The position numbers and the translations under genes were made by a program. The notes beneath the pieces were generated by a model. That model did not search any database. It was not told the DNA's origin and worked only from the letters and a program-made list of their open reading frames with translations. A stretch of 64,000 nt of DNA from an uncultured Bacteroidales bacterium (GTDB lineage: Bacteria; Bacteroidota; Bacteroidia; Bacteroidales; Muribaculaceae): assembly GCA_902774055.1 (NCBI GenBank), contig CACYGX010000002.1, positions 38,650 to 102,649 on the forward strand. Direction: 5' to 3'. This document shows positions 1 through 9,407 of this stretch, piece by piece; position 1 is the stretch's first letter; every line of letters begins with the position of its first letter.

Positions 1-2859
1 GCAAAGCGTGAGGCGGAGCGCGAACAAAAGAAGCAGGAGCGAGAAGAAAGGAACGCAAAACGTAAAGAGGTCCGCGAGCAAAGGCTTTCAGCCCAGGAGG
101 AGGCCCGGCTAGACAAGGCGGCTGCAAAGCTCGGCAAAGACTTAGACGACTATGCGTACGACAGTGCGAAGGACCGTATTGATGCGGAGGAGAGGATTGA
201 GAGCGCCAAACTAAAAGCGATGAAAGACGGCGCGGCAAAGAGGTATAAACTGCGCCAAAGCGAGCACGCAAAGGAGCTTGCAGAAATCGACAAGAGGACA
301 AATGAACGCATTAAAAAGGAGAAGGACGCACAGTTCAAGATATGGGAAGACGCAGCGAAAACGCTGAAAAAAGGGCAAAAGCCTAAGCCATTTGTCCTTG
401 ACACAAAACCGATAGAGGATATCAGGGCGCAGGGACAGCAGGAAAAAGAGTTTGTCTCTCAGAGCTGGGATGTCGAGGAGCTGAAAGAGCTTGCTGGAAA
501 GTACCAAGACTACTACGATCAGCGCATCGAGATTGAGGAGCAGTTTAACGAGGACATCAGCAAGTTACAGGCACAACGTAACGCAGCGGCAGAGCGCGAG
601 GATTTCGATGAGGTGGAAAGGATAACACGCATGATCGCCAAAGCGGAGAAGATGAAAGGCGAGAAGCTGATATCCAATACAGTCAACGAAATAAAAAACC
701 GACCGGAAAATGTCGATGCGTACGAGGACCTAGGCAAGACGTCCGCAGCAACAATCAGGCGGCTTATCGAGGAGTGGCGGAATGCGGAGAAAGCCGCAGC
801 AGCAGCCGGCCTTCCTGTCAAAGAATACCGTGCGGAGATTGAAAAGCTGATGGGCCAGCTGTCAAAGGACACCCCTCTTGTCTATTGGAAAACAGCGGTG
901 GAAGGCGCGAAAAACGCCAAGGAGGAGCTGGAAAAAGCCAAAAAGGTCTTACAAGAAGTAAAGGACGAGGGAGGTCAAAAGATCTATTGGGAGAAAACCG
1001 GCCCCGGCGTGTTCGACTGGTCAATAACCCTCGTCAAGACCGCTGATGCGCAAAAGCGAGTAAAGGAGGAAGAGGAGAACTACGCCAAGGCGACTGAGGA
1101 AGCGACGCAGGCAAGCATAAAAGCCATCGGTGTGATTGACAACTTGCGCTCCTCCTTTGAGGGGCTGGGCGGCTCTATCGGAGGCGGCGTCGGGGAGATC
1201 GTCAAATCCATCGGATCTATCGTAGGCAGCACTTCGTCGGGGCTGAAAAGCGTAATGTCCTATTCTCAGGCAGCTGAAAAGGCGTATGCAGCCGCCAACG
1301 CCGCACACGAACTTGGTGACGCTGCGGCGGAATCGGGAGCGAAAATGGAGGGTGCTTCGGCAAAGGCAAACATGTGGATGGCAGCGATCAGCGCCGCGTT
1401 TCAGATTATCGGCGCCGTTCAGAAACTGCTCCCTACGGCAGACAGCCTCTATGAGAAATACGCCGAGAAGCAGAAAGAGATCAACAACCTGCGCCGGGCC
1501 GTTGAAGAATACAAGCTTGCCGTCCTTGAATCGCAGCAAGCGGAAAAGAACTGGTTCAGTGTCAGCGGACTAACGACGTTGACTGACGCTTACGAAAAGC
1601 ACGGCAAGGTCATCGAGGCCTACTATGCCAAGCTCTACGAAGCGCAGGAAAAATACCAAAATAAGTCTGCTGGCATAAAGAAAGCTGTGCCGTACCTTGC
1701 CGCTGTCGCGGCGTTGGCGGTATCCGTCGTCACACTAGGAACGGCGGCGCCGGCAGCTATCGCTGGTATGGCCGCTGTCCTTGGAACGACAATCGCTACC
1801 GCGACAACCGTAGCAGCCGCTGGTATCGCTGCCGTTGTTGGATCCGTTGTCGCCGGTCTTCAATCAGCGGTCGATACCATCACCTACAAAAACGGCCAAG
1901 TTGCTGCAAAGGACAACCTCAAAATCCAAACCCGGCACAGCACGTGGTTCAGAGGGGAAAAAACACAGGACCTTACCCAGTGGGCGAGGGAGAACCTTAA
2001 TGCCGAGCTGTTCGACAAAGACGGCTTGATCAACCTTGAAGCGGCGCAAAAAATCCTCGACAACTACGGCGGAAAACTGGTAGGGCAGACAAAGGAGACG
2101 CTGGAAGACCTTGTCAGGCTCCGTGAGCAATACAACGAGTTCATGGAGCAGGTGGAGAAGTATGTGTCGGACCTGTACTCCCCACTCGTTGACGACATGA
2201 CGGACGCCCTGTTCAAGTGGCTTGAAACGGGAACGGACGTCCTCCACATGTTCCGGGAGAACGCAAAGGACACCTTTGCAGCGATTGCCAAGGACATGGT
2301 CAAGCAGATGCTTTTGACACAGGTCTTTGACAAATATAAAGAAGACCTGAAAAACATCTACGCATCGTATGCGGCAACGAAGAATAGGGACATCTTGATT
2401 AGCGGTGTGATGCTCGCGACCGACGAGTTTTTGAATAAAGCCGAGACCGAGCTGCCCTTGATCCAAGAAGCACTGGCAACGATTAATGAGCAGTTCGCTG
2501 AGCGCGGCTTCGACCTGTCGCAGAGCAGCGACGAGGGCACCGGGGCGTATAAGGCCGCTGAGTCCTTTTCACAGGAGCAGGGCGACGAGCTGAACGGCCG
2601 TCTTGCCGCGATACAAATCGGGCAGCAGCAGGGCCTCGTCCAGCGTGCAGCGATACTGGAGGCGATGAGCCTGTTCACTGTCAACCTCGGCGACATCCAG
2701 TCGTACACCCGCAGCCTGGCGGGCGACATCAGCGCGATGCGCGACATGCAATACAACAGCCTGCAAAGGCTGTCGGAGATCAGCGCATACACCTCCGTCC
2801 TGCCGGCTATGGCGAGTGACATCACGGACATGCGAAACGACATAAGGACAAAACTGTAA
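1..2859 (+). CDS. Tail tape measure protein, C-terminal part (5' truncated by window)
   Basis: Frame is open from base 1; long helical K/E/A-rich protein with Ala/Gly-rich hydrophobic segments; followed by distal-tail and hub-like genes. Confidence 0.8.
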   Translation, partial: AKREAEREQKKQEREERNAKRKEVREQRLSAQEEARLDKAAAKLGKDLDDYAYDSAKDRIDAEERIESAKLKAMKDGAAKRYKLRQSEHAKELAEIDKRTNERIKKEKDAQFKIWEDAAKTLKKGQKPKPFVLDTKPIEDIRAQGQQEKEFVSQSWDVEELKELAGKYQDYYDQRIEIEEQFNEDISKLQAQRNAAAEREDFDEVERITRMIAKAEKMKGEKLISNTVNEIKNRPENVDAYEDLGKTSAATIRRLIEEWRNAEKAAAAAGLPVKEYRAEIEKLMGQLSKDTPLVYWKTAVEGAKNAKEELEKAKKVLQEVKDEGGQKIYWEKTGPGVFDWSITLVKTADAQKRVKEEEENYAKATEEATQASIKAIGVIDNLRSSFEGLGGSIGGGVGEIVKSIGSIVGSTSSGLKSVMSYSQAAEKAYAAANAAHELGDAAAESGAKMEGASAKANMWMAAISAAFQIIGAVQKLLPTADSLYEKYAEKQKEINNLRRAVEEYKLAVLESQQAEKNWFSVSGLTTLTDAYEKHGKVIEAYYAKLYEAQEKYQNKSAGIKKAVPYLAAVAALAVSVVTLGTAAPAAIAGMAAVLGTTIATATTVAAAGIAAVVGSVVAGLQSAVDTITYKNGQVAAKDNLKIQTRHSTWFRGEKTQDLTQWARENLNAELFDKDGLINLEAAQKILDNYGGKLVGQTKETLEDLVRLREQYNEFMEQVEKYVSDLYSPLVDDMTDALFKWLETGTDVLHMFRENAKDTFAAIAKDMVKQMLLTQVFDKYKEDLKNIYASYAATKNRDILISGVMLATDEFLNKAETELPLIQEALATINEQFAERGFDLSQSSDEGTGAYKAAESFSQEQGDELNGRLAAIQIGQQQGLVQRAAILEAMSLFTVNLGDIQSYTRSLAGDISAMRDMQYNSLQRLSEISAYTSVLPAMASDITDMRNDIRTKL

Positions 2860-2865
2860 AGAGAT

Positions 2866-3300
2866 ATGGGAAATCAGATAAAGCTATATTCTGCGGACAC
2901 TTACAGCGACCTGCGCACCACCTACGGCGTAATGCTGTCCAGGGGCGCCTACGAGGCCCTGCTGACGCCTTTCGGAATGAAGGACTATGTGACTAACGAG
3001 TCGCGGCTTGAGCACGGGAAACGGTACTCTGCGACGCAGTACAACAAACGCGAGGAGCGTCAGGTGTCGTTCCCCGTAGTGCTGGAGGGTGCCGACATTG
3101 ACGACTACCTGCTCAAATACGAGGCATTCCTGTCGCTGCTGGCCAGCGGCATGGTGTACCTCAAGATACCCTGGCTGAAAAGGGTGTACAAGTTAGTTTA
3201 CACGAAATGCGGCAATTTCAAGTTTGACGGGTGGAATAAATCTACCTTTACGGTAGAGTTCAAAGAGCCTGACCCCACTGACAGGCCACCGATATCATGA
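2866..3300 (+). CDS. Putative distal tail protein
   Basis: 144 aa directly after the tape measure gene; YGVML...YVTNESRLEHGKR pattern recalled from Bacteroidales phage tail genes. Confidence 0.6.
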   Translation: MGNQIKLYSADTYSDLRTTYGVMLSRGAYEALLTPFGMKDYVTNESRLEHGKRYSATQYNKREERQVSFPVVLEGADIDDYLLKYEAFLSLLASGMVYLKIPWLKRVYKLVYTKCGNFKFDGWNKSTFTVEFKEPDPTDRPPIS

Positions 3301-5858
3301 CGGAGCGTAACGAACAAAATAGGGAGATCCAGATAAAGCGTGTCGTTGAGGAGCTGAGCCACCTCGGCACTCAGACCGTGGCCACTGTTCCCATTACGCC
3401 CAAGTGCGTGCGAAAATTCTCGCTGATGCAAGAGGACTACATCCAGCTGGAGTTCTCCCTGCCGTCCGCCGTGCATATCGCCATCGGCGACTACTTCGAC
3501 GACGACCTGTTCGGCAGATTCGTATGCACCGGGGAGCAGATGCCCAAGTTCAACAGTAAGACTGGCGGCTACGACTACTCGCTGCACTTCGACGCCGACT
3601 ATATGGTGTGGAAGAACTGGGTGCATTGCATGACCGTCATCGCGGACGGCGTGAAGCAGCGCATGGAAACCGAGTGGGGCCTGACCGACCAACTTCTCAC
3701 ACACGCCCAGCAGATCGCCGACGAGGTAAACCTCATCATCGGGGAGCAACAGGCATCGGTCGTGTTGCCGGGCGACCCTATCACCTCCGACGGCTACTGT
3801 GTTGACGTCACAGCAGAGAAGAGGAAGGAGATACACTACATCTCCTACAACGGCACGGACATCATCAGCGCGATGAATATGATTGCCGAGGCTTGGCAGT
3901 GCGAGTGGTGGGTCACCAGGGAGCAGAAAGAGGTGGACGGCGTGCTGTACTCCAAGGTGATACACTTCGGCAAGTGCGAGAATGCAGGCACAGGCTACGA
4001 CTTCCGCCTGGGCGACAACGTGGAGAGCATGGACATCAACCGTGACCAGCAGAGCTATGCCAACAGGATATTCGCTTTTGGAGGCACGAAGAACGTCCCC
4101 GAGGACTACGATCGTAAGCTGGAGTTCGTGGTGACGGACGCCGGGGAAGCGTTGCCGAGCAAGTACTGGGTCCTTTCCAACCACAGGCTCAACATCGATA
4201 TGATACCCGACACCGTGAACGGATTAACTACGGTAATCCCTAACAACATCGAAGAGAACAGTTCGTGGGAGAAGGATATCCTAGGCAACGGCGGTTTCAT
4301 CGTAAAGACAAAAAAAGACGTAGCGCCTGACACCTACTTCTTGTCGGGCAATGTGACACCGAGCTTCACTTTGCCGACAAGTCAGCGGAACGGCATATTG
4401 TCCGTCACATTCAAAATCTACCTCAACGGCGTGGAGATTGCCAGTGAGAAGTTTAACAGCAACGAGGCGGGAGAAAACCTGGCATTACAAACAACCACAT
4501 GGAGCACCACAATGGCCGTGAACACATCCTTGCGGCTGGAGCAGCTCGGGCGCATTCAATTCGCTGTGGACATAATTGTGAGGAACAGCGCCAATTACGA
4601 CGGCGTCTATAACCTAGCGATTGGCTCTATGAAAGCCTACGGCTCCCGCAATACTGAGGCAAAGAACATCGTCATAGAATTTGACGGGGAGGAATACAAT
4701 GCCATCCTTAATGAGAACCACTACAACAAATACAACATCGAGGCCAATAAGATAAGCAATATTCGCAAGGGGAACACCTACGCCATGAATGAGGGCTTCG
4801 GCCTCGCCTCTATTTTCACTGTCAAGGAGGATTACCTCGACTTCGATAAAGTGCCCAACTCCTACTACACGCCCATTTATGAAACAGGCGTGTTGAGCAA
4901 GGTCGGAGAGAAGCGAATCCACATGCCTAACAACCGCTATGTGCAAGCTGCCGGGCTCGTCAACACCTCGCAGGTGGTGGAGCAGGTCGTTTTATTCGAC
5001 GACATCTTCCCCAAGATGAATCTCAAGATTACCAGTGTGAGGACTGAGCCGAAGGTAGAGGATATCACCTACGCCGACGGCAGCGTGGAACGGCAGAACT
5101 GGAACCAGTACATCTTCAAGGCTTGTAAGGCCAATAATAATGCGGCGTTCGAGTTCTTAAAGAAATACATCATGGACGGGAACAAGTTGCAGGCCGTATT
5201 CACTGCCCCTGACCAAATGTACGAAAGCGGCTTCATGCTGGCCGGCATGACATTCGACGTAGGCTTTGACAACCTCACACAGGAGTACACCATTATCCGA
5301 AACGAGGACTACGGCGCGAAGTTCCCCAATGACCTTGTTTATCCGCAGATCGACGACACGTTCTTCCTCACAGGCTGGAATCCCAAGTCCATCAGGGCGA
5401 TGTCGCTGGTGAGCGATGCGGAGGATGAGGTGGAAAAAGCTGCACGAGACTACCTCAATGCCTTACAGGAGGGGAATTTCACGTTCAACTGCCGCATGAT
5501 GAGTGGTTGGTTCTTTGACTTGGAAGCAGACCGTTTCCTTGTCCTACCCGAAGAGCTGGTTGACGACGAGGAAGAGGAAGAGGAGGAGCAGCAGGAGGAA
5601 GTCAGCTACGAGCCGTTCTTCACTGTTGACGATAACGCCTTCTATGTGGGCAACGGCTTTACACGATACCGCTTGCCGCAGGCCGGGGATATCGTTACGG
5701 TGTACCATGACGCCCTCAAGGACGGCAGCAAGACGAGCCGCATCATTGGCTATGAGTTCAAGCTGGACAAGCCCTACGACACACCGACCTACGTTGTCGG
5801 TGAGACGGAGGCATTCAGCCGCTTGAAGCAGATTGAGAAACAATTAACAAAACGATAA
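3297..5858 (+). CDS. Tail hub/baseplate (Tal-like) protein
   Basis: 853 aa, ATGA overlap with the previous gene; FGKCE, NRIFAFGGTKN, FDDIFP and GYEFKLD motifs as recalled for Bacteroidales phage tail proteins; position after Dit. Confidence 0.65.
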   Translation: MTERNEQNREIQIKRVVEELSHLGTQTVATVPITPKCVRKFSLMQEDYIQLEFSLPSAVHIAIGDYFDDDLFGRFVCTGEQMPKFNSKTGGYDYSLHFDADYMVWKNWVHCMTVIADGVKQRMETEWGLTDQLLTHAQQIADEVNLIIGEQQASVVLPGDPITSDGYCVDVTAEKRKEIHYISYNGTDIISAMNMIAEAWQCEWWVTREQKEVDGVLYSKVIHFGKCENAGTGYDFRLGDNVESMDINRDQQSYANRIFAFGGTKNVPEDYDRKLEFVVTDAGEALPSKYWVLSNHRLNIDMIPDTVNGLTTVIPNNIEENSSWEKDILGNGGFIVKTKKDVAPDTYFLSGNVTPSFTLPTSQRNGILSVTFKIYLNGVEIASEKFNSNEAGENLALQTTTWSTTMAVNTSLRLEQLGRIQFAVDIIVRNSANYDGVYNLAIGSMKAYGSRNTEAKNIVIEFDGEEYNAILNENHYNKYNIEANKISNIRKGNTYAMNEGFGLASIFTVKEDYLDFDKVPNSYYTPIYETGVLSKVGEKRIHMPNNRYVQAAGLVNTSQVVEQVVLFDDIFPKMNLKITSVRTEPKVEDITYADGSVERQNWNQYIFKACKANNNAAFEFLKKYIMDGNKLQAVFTAPDQMYESGFMLAGMTFDVGFDNLTQEYTIIRNEDYGAKFPNDLVYPQIDDTFFLTGWNPKSIRAMSLVSDAEDEVEKAARDYLNALQEGNFTFNCRMMSGWFFDLEADRFLVLPEELVDDEEEEEEEQQEEVSYEPFFTVDDNAFYVGNGFTRYRLPQAGDIVTVYHDALKDGSKTSRIIGYEFKLDKPYDTPTYVVGETEAFSRLKQIEKQLTKR

Positions 5859-5862
5859 CATT

Positions 5863-7686
5863 ATGGACGAATACAGATCATCACACACTGGACGGGAGAT
5901 TGACGATGCCGTGGAAGCCGTGGGCAACAAGGCTTCGCTGCAAGACCTCGCTTCGCTGGCCTCAAGGGTAACGGCCTTAGAGAACGAGGCCTACACGCAG
6001 ACCATCGACGCGACGGTTTATGCCGCTATCCGTGGCAATGTGAACACCCTGCGGGATAAGGTAAACGACCTTGTCAGCGCCATTGGCGGCATGGCGAACT
6101 ATGCCTTTGAAAACGGCAGGCCCACCATTTACGGGGTGGATCAGTTTAGCTGGCCCAATATGAGCGACGCTACGCCAGTCCTCACATCACCTGGGGTAGT
6201 TATTAATCTCGACCCAATGGAAATCAACGAGAACACCATTTCAAGGCAGGTGTCAATCAAAGGCAGCAATCTTAAAAGGCAGTTGCACATTTCGATTTCA
6301 GGGAATAATGGAGAGACATTATCGGTGTCGCCGCAAACGGTTGAAGCGTCACAGGCCAATGCTGGAACGTACATCACTATCCAATATCAAAGGCACAGTT
6401 CAGAAAGAAGCTACGGTGTAACAGGAAATCTTTTTATCACAAGCGACGATGGCATCAACAGGAATACGCCCGTTTACTTAACCGTGAAAGTTGACACCAG
6501 CCCTTCGCTTGTCTTGCCCAGCGGAGCGATAGCTTTCGGCACTTTGGCTTCCAACGAGCAGACCATGACGAAGTCGGTTACTATCCAAGGAGTCAACCTT
6601 ACAAAGCCGTTGACGCTTGCTATTACGGCTGGTGGAGGTCTTACAGGTTTCTCATTGGGCTCGCAGCAAGTAAGCGCGGAAGACGCCAACGCTGGAACGA
6701 ATGTCGATATCACCTACCGAAGGTCATCAACTCAACTAAATCAGACCGTGACTGGCAAGCTCTCAATCACTAGCGAGGACGGCATTGATGCGGAGTTCAA
6801 CCTTTCAATAGAGGTAAATGCGCAGCAGTCATATACCGACCCGTATATTCAGGACAACCTGCTCTTGCACCTTGACGGCAGGAACATGGGCGGCGAAAAC
6901 GACAACAAGTGGAAAGACACTGGCGGTGGCAGGAATATAGTGTTCACGCTTTCCAAAGAGAATACCACAGAAAATAATAATGTAGCTTCGCCAAGCGTGG
7001 AAAGCGATAGCAATGGAACAAAGGGCGTCAAATTCAGCATGGATGGCCAATTCGCCGTGTGCTCTGACACTGATTTGCGAGATAGCCTTAATTACGCAAA
7101 TTGCCTGATTGAGGTTTGTTTCACGGCGGGTGAAGACTTCATAGCCACTGGAAAGGTTCGCCCATTCTTCGTTACAAACGATCACAACAAAATCGCATGT
7201 ATCTTTGGTTACGCAAATCAAAATGGCTACAAGCACTTTGATTACAGGACGTTATTGGCGACAGACAGTCCGAGCAATGACAACTCATGGATCGTTGCCC
7301 CGGCAAGCCATGGGTCAGCGTTTAACCCAGCGGAAGGCGACCTTGTCCGCATCAGCATGTGCCAACATGTGCTGATGGTTAACGGTGCCTTTTTCAGCGA
7401 TATTGATGACCCTGAGATTATCAACGAAACTATCTATATATCTAAAAACACGGACAATATAAAGCCGCTGGCTGCAAGCGGAACACCCGCACTTCCTATT
7501 TTGATCGGCGGCAGAAGGACAGTAGATAATAATAGCATATATCACAGAGCTGCTTTTGCCACCATCCACGAGGTGAGAATCTACGACATCACAGGGATGG
7601 CGGTCAAAGGAGATAACGGTATTATAGCCCTGATGCGAAACAACCAAGCTGAAGACCTTAGACGCTATGGATCAGGTAACAGTTAA
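5863..7686 (+). CDS. Tail fibre/receptor-binding-like protein with two Ig-like repeats and a C-terminal LamG/ConA-like domain
   Basis: N-terminal YRSSHTGREIDDAV anchor-like motif; duplicated ~110 aa beta unit (V.I.G.NL...L...VSA..ANAGT.I.I.Y.R...TG.L.ITS.DGI); LLLHLDG...WKD motif. Confidence 0.55.
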   Translation: MDEYRSSHTGREIDDAVEAVGNKASLQDLASLASRVTALENEAYTQTIDATVYAAIRGNVNTLRDKVNDLVSAIGGMANYAFENGRPTIYGVDQFSWPNMSDATPVLTSPGVVINLDPMEINENTISRQVSIKGSNLKRQLHISISGNNGETLSVSPQTVEASQANAGTYITIQYQRHSSERSYGVTGNLFITSDDGINRNTPVYLTVKVDTSPSLVLPSGAIAFGTLASNEQTMTKSVTIQGVNLTKPLTLAITAGGGLTGFSLGSQQVSAEDANAGTNVDITYRRSSTQLNQTVTGKLSITSEDGIDAEFNLSIEVNAQQSYTDPYIQDNLLLHLDGRNMGGENDNKWKDTGGGRNIVFTLSKENTTENNNVASPSVESDSNGTKGVKFSMDGQFAVCSDTDLRDSLNYANCLIEVCFTAGEDFIATGKVRPFFVTNDHNKIACIFGYANQNGYKHFDYRTLLATDSPSNDNSWIVAPASHGSAFNPAEGDLVRISMCQHVLMVNGAFFSDIDDPEIINETIYISKNTDNIKPLAASGTPALPILIGGRRTVDNNSIYHRAAFATIHEVRIYDITGMAVKGDNGIIALMRNNQAEDLRRYGSGNS

Positions 7687-9406
7687 TGATACGGCGCAGC
7701 GTTTCGTTGAGAAAATCAACGACAACTTCGAGGAGGCTGGCATTGCTTCCTCGCTGTCCTATGCGTCTGCGGCAGGCGACTTTGTGGATGCGCTAAATGC
7801 CAAGTTCGGTCAGCCCACCAGCCCTGTCAGCACAGGCGACACAGGCAGCGAGTTCGTGCAAAACATCAACACGAGCTTCGCCAACCTCTCGCCGGGCGAC
7901 CCTGGGGAGACGGGAACGATCCTCATGGACATGCAAGCTGGCGAGCTTGATCGCGGCTACTCCAAGAGCTACGAGGCGTACTCTAGCTCAGACCCTGTTG
8001 ACAGCGACATTTGGAATCATTGCCACTCCGTGGAATTCCTGAATATTGGTGAGGGCGCTAACCCCATCCAAAGCGTGGCGCGGCAAAGCGGCGAAACCTT
8101 GACCATCCATTGGCTCAACAGCGACGGGTCGCATGGCGGGTCGGTAAGCTCAATTTCCAGCATACCGTCAAACGCCAGGTATGTGCGCTTCCAGTTGAGC
8201 AGCTCGTCGCCCATCGCATCAGACAGGAAGTTGTCGGTCACTGTTTCTCGTGAAGTGGTGAGGACAAAGAACTTTGCACGCCGGCAATACCAAAACAGCG
8301 ACAGGACTTATATCACCTACGAAGTCAAGAAGCCTTACAAGTTCCCAGTGTACGAAAATGATGATAAGACACAATTCTATGACTACATCGGCAACGACCG
8401 CTTGTATGACAACGGCTACATCGTCTTGCCGAATAATACATATTATTCCTATTCTCCAACAGGTACGCCCACCGATCTTGCCGTGTTCATCCAAGGTACT
8501 GGCGGCTATCCTTTCATCAATGGCAACGGTGACGGCACTTATAAAGCGCCACAAACATTCTTAGCGCAAAACAATATCGCTGTTTGTTGTTGCAGTGGCG
8601 TGACGAGCAAGTACCCTACCGTTGAAAACCTCATGTTCGGCCCGTTGTTTTGCGAGTCCGTAGCAAGCATGGTTGACTACATCAAGGCGAACTACAACAT
8701 TGGCAAGGTGTACATCTACGGCAAGTCGTCAGGTGGCATGTTGACTAACTTCGCACCGCTTGTTACATACATCGGTGCTGTGTGTGTTGGTTCTCTCGCC
8801 CCTGCGTTCGGGCCTATCACATCAAAGTTGTATGTTGGCTTGGGAACTTTTGTAAGGGATTCTATAAGAATAGTAGCAAAAGACCAACTTGGTGCCGAAT
8901 TGCCTAGTTCAATAACTAAAGACAAATGGAAAGAAAGTGCTGTTGCCAACCGTGCAAAGTGGCGCATGTTTGACGGCTTCTTTTCTGCTTATACTTCCGA
9001 ACAAATATCTAACGATGAACTTCCAAACAGTGTTGATTTCAAGGACATCATGGAGGCTGCGTTTGAAAACAATGTACAGAACAGTATTTACGGTCTTGTA
9101 ACATTTAATTCAGACATAAGGATATTGTTGGAAAGGCTTACTAGGCCATTTCCTGTACCTCACAAGGTATGGTGTTCAGAGAATGACAATGCTGTGTCTT
9201 ACCAAGCATGTGAAAAACTCCGTGATTATTCAGAAAGGTACACTCTGTCAAAACTTCCAAGTTACCCAACAAATGAACATAATGCCGACACAGGAACAAC
9301 CGTAAGGTACACACTACCTAATGGAAGTACGATTGATGCCCCTATCGGCTATGCGGAGCTGGTCGATTGGTTCAAGTGTGACGGAAACCCAAGTAACAGC
9401 AACTGA
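7667..9406 (+). CDS. Tail-associated protein with C-terminal alpha/beta-hydrolase (esterase) domain
   Basis: Nucleophile elbow YGKSSGG, upstream FIQGTGG oxyanion-like motif, downstream SEND and EH candidates for Asp/His; three short IN..F repeats at the N-terminus. Confidence 0.55.
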   Translation: MDQVTVNDTAQRFVEKINDNFEEAGIASSLSYASAAGDFVDALNAKFGQPTSPVSTGDTGSEFVQNINTSFANLSPGDPGETGTILMDMQAGELDRGYSKSYEAYSSSDPVDSDIWNHCHSVEFLNIGEGANPIQSVARQSGETLTIHWLNSDGSHGGSVSSISSIPSNARYVRFQLSSSSPIASDRKLSVTVSREVVRTKNFARRQYQNSDRTYITYEVKKPYKFPVYENDDKTQFYDYIGNDRLYDNGYIVLPNNTYYSYSPTGTPTDLAVFIQGTGGYPFINGNGDGTYKAPQTFLAQNNIAVCCCSGVTSKYPTVENLMFGPLFCESVASMVDYIKANYNIGKVYIYGKSSGGMLTNFAPLVTYIGAVCVGSLAPAFGPITSKLYVGLGTFVRDSIRIVAKDQLGAELPSSITKDKWKESAVANRAKWRMFDGFFSAYTSEQISNDELPNSVDFKDIMEAAFENNVQNSIYGLVTFNSDIRILLERLTRPFPVPHKVWCSENDNAVSYQACEKLRDYSERYTLSKLPSYPTNEHNADTGTTVRYTLPNGSTIDAPIGYAELVDWFKCDGNPSNSN

Positions 9407-9407
9407 T

